Made by a program: the position numbers and the translations under genes | Assembly: GCA_963664195.1 (NCBI GenBank) | Contig: OY760907.1 | Location: 2,016,001-2,080,000 of the forward strand | Reading direction: 5' to 3' | DNA: 64,000 nucleotides | DNA from: an uncultured candidate division Zixibacteria bacterium | Lineage (GTDB): Bacteria > Zixibacteria > MSB-5A5 > GN15 > FEB-12 | The notes under the pieces: model-generated | The model's database searches: none | What the model saw: only the letters and a program-made list of their open reading frames with translations | What the model was told of the DNA's origin: nothing | Shown here: positions 17,936 through 26,614 of the stretch, in pieces | Layout of the letters: every line of letters begins with the position of its first letter | Position numbering within the stretch: position 1 is the stretch's first letter

Positions 17936-18504
17936 ACCAGGAAGAAATCCTCAAGCTTTTCACGGACTCAGGCGCGCTCCTTGAGGGGCATTTCAAACTG
18001 ACATCCGGACGCCACTCAGACATCTATTACGAGAAGTTCACCCTGCTGAAGAACCCCACGCTTGCGACAAAACTGTGCGAAGCCATGGCCAACGACCTGA
18101 AAGACTCCGGGGCCGAGACGATTGTCGGTCCGACCACTGGCGGTCTGATCATCGCATACGATATCGCGCGTTACCTGGGATTGGAATCAATCTATGCGGA
18201 ACCGGGGGAGACCGGACGCGTCTTCAAGCGCGGGTTCTCGCTTCGTCCCGGCCAGAAGGTGGCGATTGTTGACGACGTCCTGACCACAGGGCGCTCGATG
18301 TTTGAAGTGATTGACCTGGTGAAGTCATACGACGCGGAAATCGTCGGTTTGGGCATGCTTCTGGATCGATCCGGCGGCAGCATCAAGTTCGACTACCCGT
18401 TCTATCCTCTGGCAACCGTCAATGCCAATAGCTGGGAGCCGGCTGAATGTCCGCTCTGTGCCAAAGGCATGGAAATCACGCAACGGGGCAGTCGCAAGTT
18501 TTAG
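17932..18504 (+). CDS. pyrE: Orotate phosphoribosyltransferase
   Basis: GHFKLTSGRHS and PRPP motif IVDDVLTTGRS. Confidence 0.95.
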   Translation: MNQEEILKLFTDSGALLEGHFKLTSGRHSDIYYEKFTLLKNPTLATKLCEAMANDLKDSGAETIVGPTTGGLIIAYDIARYLGLESIYAEPGETGRVFKRGFSLRPGQKVAIVDDVLTTGRSMFEVIDLVKSYDAEIVGLGMLLDRSGGSIKFDYPFYPLATVNANSWEPAECPLCAKGMEITQRGSRKF

Positions 18505-18550
18505 ACTGTTCGAATTACAGGAATGTTGCGGGCTGATAATGCTCGCAGCT

Positions 18551-20245
18551 CTAGACGGCTGCCGGTACGCGTTTTTCAACGACGGTATCGACGGCCATAG
18601 GGAATGTCACGCTGATTCGGGCGCCCTCGCCCGGTGCCGACTCGACTTCCAGCTTACCGCCGTGATTGTCGATAATCCGTTTGCACACTACCAGACCAAA
18701 GCCGTGGCCGGTCGCCTTGGTAGTGAACTTCTCCTGGAACGCACGCGTGACATTCTCAGAATCAAATCCGCAACCGGTATCCTTGATCGAGAAGCGGAAT
18801 GATTCGACTTCCGGTTGTGATTCCATCGACACATGTATCTCTCGCACATCCGAAGACTCGGTAGCATCGGCGGCGTTGTTGAACAGATTGTATAGCAATT
18901 GCTGGATCTGGGTTGAATCGGCCTGAAAAGGCGTACTCTCGAACGTCTCCGGCATGTGAATCGAGACGCCGCGGAATCGTTTCTGGGGTCTCAGGTAATC
19001 CACAACCTCGGCGATCATCTTGTCAAAATCGAATTTTTCCATTTTCGATGAAATCGACCTGAGGTCCATCAGATTGGCGGTGAATATCTTGATCTTTTCG
19101 ATGGTCGAGTTGACATTCGTCAGATACCGGTCGAGCTGGTCGTAATTCTGTTTCTTGAGATGAACGTCCAACAACGCGACATTGCCGGCGACCACACCCA
19201 GGAAGTTGTTGAGTTCGTGACCGATCTCTGCCGACATCTCACCCCTGGCGGCCATCTTCTCAAGCTCGATAGTCTCATCCTGGAGCTCCTTGAGACGTGC
19301 GTACGCCTGTCGGGTTTCCTCGAGCAATCCCACATTCTCGAGTGAAATGGCGAGTTGACTGGCGGTGATCGACAGGAACTTCACGTCGTTCTGTTTCAGG
19401 CGGAATGTATCTTCCTCGGACTCAAGCATGATCAGTCCATAGAACGCGTTCGAGCGCATGACCGGCAAGGTCAGAATATACATCTCGTCTGTTTTCCATT
19501 GCGGCACCAGGAAACGTCGGAGCTCCTGATTCGGGTGATATTTGTACAGCGGGTGCTCGTCGAGATCGTTCAGCAGGCACGGTTCCTGCAGTAGTGTCGT
19601 ATCCGCCTCGAGCAGAATGCTTTCGAGCGGTTCGTTGCCGAGCGATTCTTCGGTTGCTTTGTCGTCGCAAATCGAGAGCAGGACATACTCTTCGCGTTCG
19701 TTGTCACGGTACAATATTGAGCCGCACTCGCTGTGCTGGTGCATCATCGCAAATTTCAGCGACGACGTAACCAGTGACTTACGATCACCGGCGGCGAACA
19801 GCATGTGACTCAAGTCAGTGAGACTGTCGAGCTGTTCCTGAGAACTGGATTCAGTTGCCTCGCTCAGTTTTTCTATCGCGTTGTTGACCGCCTGGCGAAT
19901 CTCCGAAAGCTCGAAAGGTTTCAGAACATAATCCAGCGCGCCCTTTTTGATTGCGTCCTTGGCAGAGTTCAGACTCGCATATCCGGTGATGAAGATCACG
20001 CCGATAGAAGGCTGTATTTCACGGGCAAGATCAACCAATTCGATGCCGGTCATCTTTGGCATCCGGATATCGGTGATTAGAAGATCAATCGTTTGGTTCT
20101 TGATAATCTCCAGCGCAGTGGCTCCGTTCGAGGCTGTCTGGACGGAGTGACCTTCGTCCTCAAGCGTATCTCGAACCAGCGACTGGACAATATCCTCGTC
20201 GTCTACCACCAGGATGTTGCGTGAGTATGCCGGAGCGTCCGTCAT
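18551..20245 (-). CDS. Hybrid sensor kinase (REC-GAF-HisKA-HATPase)
   Basis: ILVVDDE..LITDIRMP receiver; GAF-like middle region; EIGHELNN H-box; NLFNNA, DTGCG and GHGFGL boxes. Confidence 0.92.
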   Translation of the reverse strand: MTDAPAYSRNILVVDDEDIVQSLVRDTLEDEGHSVQTASNGATALEIIKNQTIDLLITDIRMPKMTGIELVDLAREIQPSIGVIFITGYASLNSAKDAIKKGALDYVLKPFELSEIRQAVNNAIEKLSEATESSSQEQLDSLTDLSHMLFAAGDRKSLVTSSLKFAMMHQHSECGSILYRDNEREEYVLLSICDDKATEESLGNEPLESILLEADTTLLQEPCLLNDLDEHPLYKYHPNQELRRFLVPQWKTDEMYILTLPVMRSNAFYGLIMLESEEDTFRLKQNDVKFLSITASQLAISLENVGLLEETRQAYARLKELQDETIELEKMAARGEMSAEIGHELNNFLGVVAGNVALLDVHLKKQNYDQLDRYLTNVNSTIEKIKIFTANLMDLRSISSKMEKFDFDKMIAEVVDYLRPQKRFRGVSIHMPETFESTPFQADSTQIQQLLYNLFNNAADATESSDVREIHVSMESQPEVESFRFSIKDTGCGFDSENVTRAFQEKFTTKATGHGFGLVVCKRIIDNHGGKLEVESAPGEGARISVTFPMAVDTVVEKRVPAAV

Positions 20246-20610
20246 GCAGTCTTCACTCGATCAAGAGTCCCTTGCAAAACCGTGCGGAACTGTTCGAGAT
20301 GAAACGGTTTTCTCAAACAGGGACAGTCTGTCTTCTCCGCAATCTGTTCGTGTATGTGATCCGGCAGTGAGTCGGTGAAAATGAAAGGTAGGGAGTCCTT
20401 CTTTGGTCCCAGACCGGACATTACTTCGAATCCGTTTCTTTTCGGGAGGTGGAGATCGCAGATCACCAGATCCCATTCTCCCTCCAGTGCCATTTGCAAG
20501 CCTTCTTCGCCATCGACCGCTGTTTTCACTTCGTGTCCCATGTCAGTCAAGTAGTCAGTCAGCAGCGCCCTGATCACCTCTGAATCGTCGATGACAAGAA
20601 TCTTGCTCAT
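20242..20610 (-). CDS. Single-domain response regulator
   Basis: MSKILVIDDS...ICDLHLP...LRKPF; ATG at 20610. Confidence 0.88.
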   Translation of the reverse strand: MSKILVIDDSEVIRALLTDYLTDMGHEVKTAVDGEEGLQMALEGEWDLVICDLHLPKRNGFEVMSGLGPKKDSLPFIFTDSLPDHIHEQIAEKTDCPCLRKPFHLEQFRTVLQGTLDRVKTA

Positions 20611-20612
20611 GT

Positions 20613-20987
20613 CTACGCAGTGCCCTCCAGCGCTGAGTCTACCGACTGCATCAATTCGTTGATGCTGAACGGCTTCGACAAAAACGCACACGCCCCGTTG
20701 TTGACTGATTGGCTGACCGTGTAAAGGCTCGAATAGCCGGAAATTACGATAACCCTGGTGTCCTCGCTCTGCTCCCTCGCGGCTTTGACAACCTCTTCCC
20801 CCGGTACTTTCGGCATTCGGAGATCGGTAATCACCAGGTCGAAGTGCTTATTCTTGATCTTCTCTATAGCTTCGTCGCCGTCACAGGCGACGGTAATATC
20901 ATAGTCCTCAAGAACTTCCGAGAGAAACTCCCGAATGATCTCTTCATCGTCTACGATGAGTATGGCCTTGTTGTCCGTCGATCCCAT
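20613..20987 (-). CDS. Single-domain response regulator
   Basis: ILIVDDE..ITDLRMP..ISGY..FLSKPF. Confidence 0.92.
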   Translation of the reverse strand: MGSTDNKAILIVDDEEIIREFLSEVLEDYDITVACDGDEAIEKIKNKHFDLVITDLRMPKVPGEEVVKAAREQSEDTRVIVISGYSSLYTVSQSVNNGACAFLSKPFSINELMQSVDSALEGTA

Positions 20988-21013
20988 AACTGCTACTTAT
21001 CCTAAGTCGATCG

Positions 21014-22672
21014 CTATTGCGCCTGCTTCGTCTCACCTAATACATCGGCTGTTGGCGCCGTTTTCTGTACTGGTAGAACGATGGTGAAGGTGGTGCCCTT
21101 CCCGACTTGCGATTTCACGGAAATCTCGCCCCCGTGTTCTTTGATGATTCCGTAACTCACCGAAAGACCCAATCCGGTCCCCTTGCCAATCTCTTTCGTC
21201 GTGAAGAAGGGCTCGAATATCTTGCCCAGGTTCTCCTCGGCGATACCGTGACCGCTGTCTGCGAACATCAGTTCCACAGCGCCGCCGAACTCGCCGAGGG
21301 CGGGACTGTACCGGGATACGATGCTTATTGTGGAACCCTGTTCCGATGCGTGCATACCGTTGATTATCAGATTCGTGAATACTTGCTGAAGCTGACCGGT
21401 GTTACCGAAAATGATCGGCAGATCCTGCGTCAGACTCACTTCTAACTCTACCTGCGATATCCGCAATTGGTGTTCCACAAACGAGATCGTCTCCTCGATT
21501 GCTTTGTTGACATCGACCTGCTCAAACTCGATTGTCCGCGAGGAACGCGAGAATCTCAGCAGATTCTGAACGATGGTCTTGCATCGACGGGCCTGAACCT
21601 CGATGTCCGTAACATACCGGATGTACGATTTAATGTCCTTCGGATTCGGCTTCTCCGGATTGTTCTTGCGCAGTTTCTCAAGCGTAAACTGGGCATATCC
21701 GAGGATGCCGCCAAGCGGATTATTCAGTTCATGAGCCACACCTGCGGCCAACTGGCCGATGGCGCTCATCTTTTCTGACTGAAGCAATTGTGCCTGCGCG
21801 TCTTCCAATTGCTGGGTCCGTTCGATGATCTTCTCTTCCAGCGTGCGATTGTACTGCTCGATTTCGTCCCGGGACTGTTTGAGCGAATCCATCATCTGGT
21901 TGAACGTGCGGGCTAGATGGCCGATCTCGTCCTGCTGATCGGTGTCAACCTTGGCGCTAAAATCGCCTCGACGGATCTGGTCGGTCGCGTCCACAAGTTC
22001 TGTCACTGGCCGGGTGATGGCGCGGACGGTCAGTATCACCACGAGGATCGTAATGATCGCCACCAGCGCGGCCAACAGAATCGCCGCCAAACCGGCATTG
22101 GAGATGTCCTTGTTGACCGTCTCGACCGACATACCCAGTTCGATTTTGCCTATTCTCTCATAGTAGGTCGAGGTCGCCACTGAGCTATCCACTCCGGCGC
22201 TCATACCCAGTTTCTCGCGGCTGAGAACTTTCTTCTCAGTCGTAATCGGCGCTCTCAGGATGAAGACTTCTTGGCCCGCGCCAGTATTGAAGTAACCCGA
22301 TACCAGAGAATCAGAGTGACCGTTGAGCCGTTCCAGTTGCAGGGAGTCGACGTTGTTTTCGCCAAACTCGGAAAGGACGACTCCGTCCAGGTTAGCGATT
22401 CGGCAGAATTCAACCTCCCCGAACTCGTCAAGGACGGCGAGCAGGTTGTCAAGCTCCCATCGTGATTCAAAAAGCACGCCACTTTCAGCGTTGATTGCAA
22501 GCATGGTGATCATGGTCTCGCCGCCGTGCTCGAGTTCGCGACGGAACCCGTCGGACTGACGATCAATCAGGTACGTGGATATGATCAGCATGCCCATGAC
22601 CAGGATTACTGAGATCGGCAGCACAAACTTCATCCGGAGGCTGAGGCCGGCCGTGAGTTTCAGGCCCTTCAT
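21014..22672 (-). CDS. Membrane sensor histidine kinase (2TM, HAMP, NtrB-like)
   Basis: Two TM segments, DEIGHLA HAMP, AHELNNP H-box, FEPFFTTK..GTGLGL. Confidence 0.95.
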   Translation of the reverse strand: MKGLKLTAGLSLRMKFVLPISVILVMGMLIISTYLIDRQSDGFRRELEHGGETMITMLAINAESGVLFESRWELDNLLAVLDEFGEVEFCRIANLDGVVLSEFGENNVDSLQLERLNGHSDSLVSGYFNTGAGQEVFILRAPITTEKKVLSREKLGMSAGVDSSVATSTYYERIGKIELGMSVETVNKDISNAGLAAILLAALVAIITILVVILTVRAITRPVTELVDATDQIRRGDFSAKVDTDQQDEIGHLARTFNQMMDSLKQSRDEIEQYNRTLEEKIIERTQQLEDAQAQLLQSEKMSAIGQLAAGVAHELNNPLGGILGYAQFTLEKLRKNNPEKPNPKDIKSYIRYVTDIEVQARRCKTIVQNLLRFSRSSRTIEFEQVDVNKAIEETISFVEHQLRISQVELEVSLTQDLPIIFGNTGQLQQVFTNLIINGMHASEQGSTISIVSRYSPALGEFGGAVELMFADSGHGIAEENLGKIFEPFFTTKEIGKGTGLGLSVSYGIIKEHGGEISVKSQVGKGTTFTIVLPVQKTAPTADVLGETKQAQ

Positions 22673-23622
22673 CTGTACACCTCCTTGGCGATTGCCACCA
22701 GTTCAGGAGGTATCTGCACATTGACGTGTCCGGCCGTCTTCTCGTTATAATGGAACCAGATGATATCCGGAGTTGAAACCGGAATGTGGCCCGGATCAGC
22801 ACCGTCGAGAACGGCGTTGACCGTGTAGCCGGCCTGACGACCTATCGCTTTGTAGTCGAAATCCAGGGCAAACAACGCGCCTGACTCCACCACGTGCCTG
22901 GAGAAGCCCATGAAGGGGAGGCCGCGACGCAGAACATTAAGCAGAATGAATTTCGTTGACTGCGGATCAAAGAGATTCGGGTCGGCGACCGACCAGAGTC
23001 CGTCTACCTGGCGGCAAAGTGAGTCCAGGGCCTGCGGCAGATCTTTGTGCGTCCGTATCTCCACAGCCACCAGTTCAATACCCATTTCAGAGGCCACCAC
23101 GCGAGAGTGCGGGATCAGCGGTGCCGTGTTCGAGGTGTACAGGACACCCAGCTTTTTCAGGTCCGGGACAATCTGTCGGAACTTGTCGAATTGCGTCTGT
23201 ACTGGAATGTCCAGAGAGGCACCGGTCATGTTCTGTCCCGGTCTGCTGGCCGACTCAACGAAGCCGGAGATTACCGGATACATCACCGAAGAAAACACGA
23301 TCGGAATGTCCGTGAACTGCTCCTTGGCGATCTGGGTGGCAGCGCTGCCGACGGTGAGAATGATGTTCGGTTTTGAAGCCCGAATCGACTCAATCTGCTC
23401 TGCTATTGTGGCGGGGTCTGTGGATAGAAGGAAGTCTACGAAATCTACCGATTCCTGACCACCGTTGATCACCGAGTGAGCGCCGCGGATTGTCCGCTGA
23501 GTCGATGTCAGACTGTCGCTGCATACTACCGCAACTGTCGCACCGACACCACTTCTGGCAAGTCCTGCGGTTAGCAGGAGCAACAAGAACGCGCTGCAGA
23601 GTTTACGAACGGCTTGTTTCAC
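22669..23622 (-). CDS. Periplasmic ABC-type substrate-binding protein (ABC_sub_bind-like), no cognate permease
   Basis: Signal peptide; IPIVFS.V..P...NMTG; GALFALDFDY..IGRQAG. Confidence 0.85.
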   Translation of the reverse strand: MKQAVRKLCSAFLLLLLTAGLARSGVGATVAVVCSDSLTSTQRTIRGAHSVINGGQESVDFVDFLLSTDPATIAEQIESIRASKPNIILTVGSAATQIAKEQFTDIPIVFSSVMYPVISGFVESASRPGQNMTGASLDIPVQTQFDKFRQIVPDLKKLGVLYTSNTAPLIPHSRVVASEMGIELVAVEIRTHKDLPQALDSLCRQVDGLWSVADPNLFDPQSTKFILLNVLRRGLPFMGFSRHVVESGALFALDFDYKAIGRQAGYTVNAVLDGADPGHIPVSTPDIIWFHYNEKTAGHVNVQIPPELVAIAKEVYR

Positions 23623-23727
23623 GGAATCAGACTGTCCTCGCGGTCATGTAACTCTATATAAGGGAGGTCGGCAGGTTTCTAAATGCCAATAGTTGGCCGT
23701 AGCGCACTTGTCCGTCCTTAACAAAAT

Positions 23728-23754
23728 GTATCGGGTGAACTTGCCAAAACTTGA
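23728..23754 (-). promoter_or_regulatory. Sigma28 (FliA/WhiG)-like promoter
   Basis: Minus strand TCAA-N15-CCCGATAC versus consensus TAAA-N15-GCCGATAA. Confidence 0.5.
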
Positions 23755-23806
23755 CTTAGACGTTGCCGGATTCAATTTGGCCGTTCAAAAACACTGACAT
23801 GACGTG

Positions 23807-23833
23807 TCAAGATTTCCACGGGGGGGCCGATAC
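23807..23833 (+). promoter_or_regulatory. Sigma28 (FliA/WhiG)-like promoter
   Basis: TCAA-N15-GCCGATAC. Confidence 0.55.
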
Positions 23834-23929
23834 TTCAAAGGAAGAAGTGTTGATCGGACTCCTTGGACCTTGAGAAACTTCGAATGATCAAAATCGAACA
23901 AAACGCTGTATCATAATGGAGACAAAGCC

Positions 23930-26599
23930 TTGAATACTCGGCTGTCAATCCTCACCGCCATACTCCTCCTGTTTTGCCTGACTCTGTCACCCGGGCTGGT
24001 TTCTGCGAAGGTGTCGGGGAAGATATCGGGTATGGTTTCTGACTCAAAAACCGGGGAACCCATTACGGGGGCCTCTGTCAGAGTGGTCGGTACCAGTCTG
24101 GCCACGATGACTGATGAAGACGGTGAGTACTTCATTATTAACGTTCCGGCCGGTCAATATGACATTGCGGCCACGCACGTTGGTTTTGAAACGCTCACCA
24201 AAAAGGATGTCCGTGTGCTTCTCGACCTGACTACTCCGGTTGATTTCACCGTGGCGGAAGTCGCGGTTGAATTGGGCAACGAGGTTGTGGTGTACGCTGC
24301 CGCCCCTCCGGTTCAGAAAGACCTTACCTCCTCACGTGTAATTTTCACCGAAGAACGACTGAAGAATCTTCCGAACATTGTATCTGTGCAGTCTATCCTG
24401 GCCAACTATCCGGGTGTTGTTACAGATCGAAACAACGCTTTGCACGTTCGCGGTGGTCGTTCCGGACAGGTTACATACTATTATGATGGCTTCTCGATTC
24501 AGGACCCGTTCAGCGCGTCTGCGGGTATCCGAATTATGCCGTCGGCACTGGAAGAGCTGTCCCTGACCTCAGGTGGATTCACTTCTGAATACGGCGATGC
24601 CCTTTCGGGCGTGGTGAACGCCGTCACTCGTGAAGGAAACTCGCGCTTTCAGGGCAAGGCCCGGATTTACCAGGGTGCTACCCACGAGTACGATGTGAAT
24701 ACCGGCGACTGGGGCAAGCTATCGACGATCAAGAACCGTTCGGCCTCGTTCGACCTGTCAGGGCCAATACCGGGTCTTGCCGGCGAGAAGTATGCCTTCT
24801 TCACAGCCGGAGAGTATCTGCGCGACGATGGTTACCTGCCGCACAACTGGCAGACCGACTACACCGGCATCGCAAAGTTCACGGCACGGCCGATCTCAAA
24901 TCTGAAGCTGACGACTAACCTGACCGTCAACAAGTCTGACGGTGCCATATACTATCACCGTGACGTCAATGATGTCTCCTACGACTTCAACCTCGACGGT
25001 CTTCCGGTTTGGGAGCGTGATGCCTACGTGGCCGGGGTGGCAGGAAACTACTTCCTGTCCGAGCGATCTATCGTATTGCTGTCGTTCAATCGCTTTTATA
25101 CCCGGACCAAATCCGGCCCCGCACATCTGCTCGACAGGCATTGGAGCGAATGGCCCGGCTACTCTGAGGATGCCGACGGCGTGTACAACGGTGATATTCA
25201 GGTGGCGAACTACGGTAACATCATAGACGGCGAAGATCCCGCCCAGGTGGTAGGCTTCACCGCCGGTGACGACTTTGACCCCACTTACGGTTACAAGAAG
25301 TCGACCTACAACGCGTTCAACGGGACACTCGTGAACCAGTTGAGCAAGACCAACCAGTTGAAGACAGGATTCGAGTACCGCAAGTACGACGTCAACTGGG
25401 ACTTCAAGCAGTTCTACAACGAGCAGCCGTACGGTGAGCAGTACACTAGCAGCCCGACTTATGCTTCGATCTTTGTCGAGGACAAACTCGAATACGATGC
25501 GTTTGTGGTCAACGTCGGTATGCGTCTCGACTATCGCAACGCTGACATTGCTTACAACTACACTCCGGAAGACACGATGGCGCACTATCGGGACGCGGAG
25601 TCCTCGACTCGCATATCTCCTCGATTGGGATTGTCATTCCCGATTTCCGAGAGGTCAGTGATGCACTTCAACTACGGCGTCTATTACCAGGTGCCGAAAT
25701 ACACGTACCTGTACACCAACCTCAAGGGAGAGACAGAATCCGGACTGCCGCTGTTCGGTAACCCGGATCTGGAGCCAGAAGAGACGATTTCGTACGAGTT
25801 CGGCCTGGATCACATGATTGGCAGTAACATCAGACTTGATGTCACGGCCTACTACAAGGATATCAACGATCTGGTCACGACGAGAGAATTCGGCCGTATC
25901 AGTGGCAGCCCGATGACCAAGTACACTAATGATGACTATGGCTCTGTCAACGGTATCGATGTCGGTATCGAGCACTTGCCGGTCAACAGCAACCTCAGTG
26001 GATCAATCTCCTACGGGTACATGGTTGCCAAGGGCAGCGGCTCTTACGCGGACGAACCGTACTACACGATCATCGCGTCGGCGACTGACTCGCTCTATCC
26101 GGTATCCGACTACAGTCTCGATTTCGATCAGCGCCATACGGTAACGGCTACGCTTGACTATCGTGCCCCGGCTGACTGGTCTGCAAACCTGTTCGGATTG
26201 AAAGTGCCGGGCGCCTGGGGAATGTCTCTGGTCGGATACTACGGATCAGGGTTGCCGTACACGAAAACCGACAGCGACGGTCGACGGCTGGGAGATCGCA
26301 ACGAGGCGAGACTGCCCGCTACATACTCGGTCGATATGCGATTCAACAAGGATTTCTCTTTTGTCGGCAACAATCGCCAGTTGACCGTATTCCTCGAAGT
26401 ACAGAACCTCTTCGATCGCAGAAACGTGCTTGACGTGTACACGCGGACCGGCTCGCCGGATGATGACGCCGAGTTGGCCGGACAGGGACTCGAACTCAGT
26501 ACCAGCGATCTCGGAAGATACAACAAACTCTTTGATCACGACCCCCTGAACTTCTCCGCCCCTCGCACTATTAGAACGGGTCTGGAGTTCAGCTTTTAA
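23930..26599 (+). CDS. TonB-dependent receptor with N-terminal carboxypeptidase-regulatory-like domain
   Basis: GKISG.V.D.KTGEP domain; plug LHVRGGR..GGFTSEYG..SGVVN; SPRLGLSFP; GNPDLEPE; C-terminal Phe. Confidence 0.92.
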   Translation: MNTRLSILTAILLLFCLTLSPGLVSAKVSGKISGMVSDSKTGEPITGASVRVVGTSLATMTDEDGEYFIINVPAGQYDIAATHVGFETLTKKDVRVLLDLTTPVDFTVAEVAVELGNEVVVYAAAPPVQKDLTSSRVIFTEERLKNLPNIVSVQSILANYPGVVTDRNNALHVRGGRSGQVTYYYDGFSIQDPFSASAGIRIMPSALEELSLTSGGFTSEYGDALSGVVNAVTREGNSRFQGKARIYQGATHEYDVNTGDWGKLSTIKNRSASFDLSGPIPGLAGEKYAFFTAGEYLRDDGYLPHNWQTDYTGIAKFTARPISNLKLTTNLTVNKSDGAIYYHRDVNDVSYDFNLDGLPVWERDAYVAGVAGNYFLSERSIVLLSFNRFYTRTKSGPAHLLDRHWSEWPGYSEDADGVYNGDIQVANYGNIIDGEDPAQVVGFTAGDDFDPTYGYKKSTYNAFNGTLVNQLSKTNQLKTGFEYRKYDVNWDFKQFYNEQPYGEQYTSSPTYASIFVEDKLEYDAFVVNVGMRLDYRNADIAYNYTPEDTMAHYRDAESSTRISPRLGLSFPISERSVMHFNYGVYYQVPKYTYLYTNLKGETESGLPLFGNPDLEPEETISYEFGLDHMIGSNIRLDVTAYYKDINDLVTTREFGRISGSPMTKYTNDDYGSVNGIDVGIEHLPVNSNLSGSISYGYMVAKGSGSYADEPYYTIIASATDSLYPVSDYSLDFDQRHTVTATLDYRAPADWSANLFGLKVPGAWGMSLVGYYGSGLPYTKTDSDGRRLGDRNEARLPATYSVDMRFNKDFSFVGNNRQLTVFLEVQNLFDRRNVLDVYTRTGSPDDDAELAGQGLELSTSDLGRYNKLFDHDPLNFSAPRTIRTGLEFSF

Positions 26600-26614
26600 T
26601 CTGGAGCACGTGAC

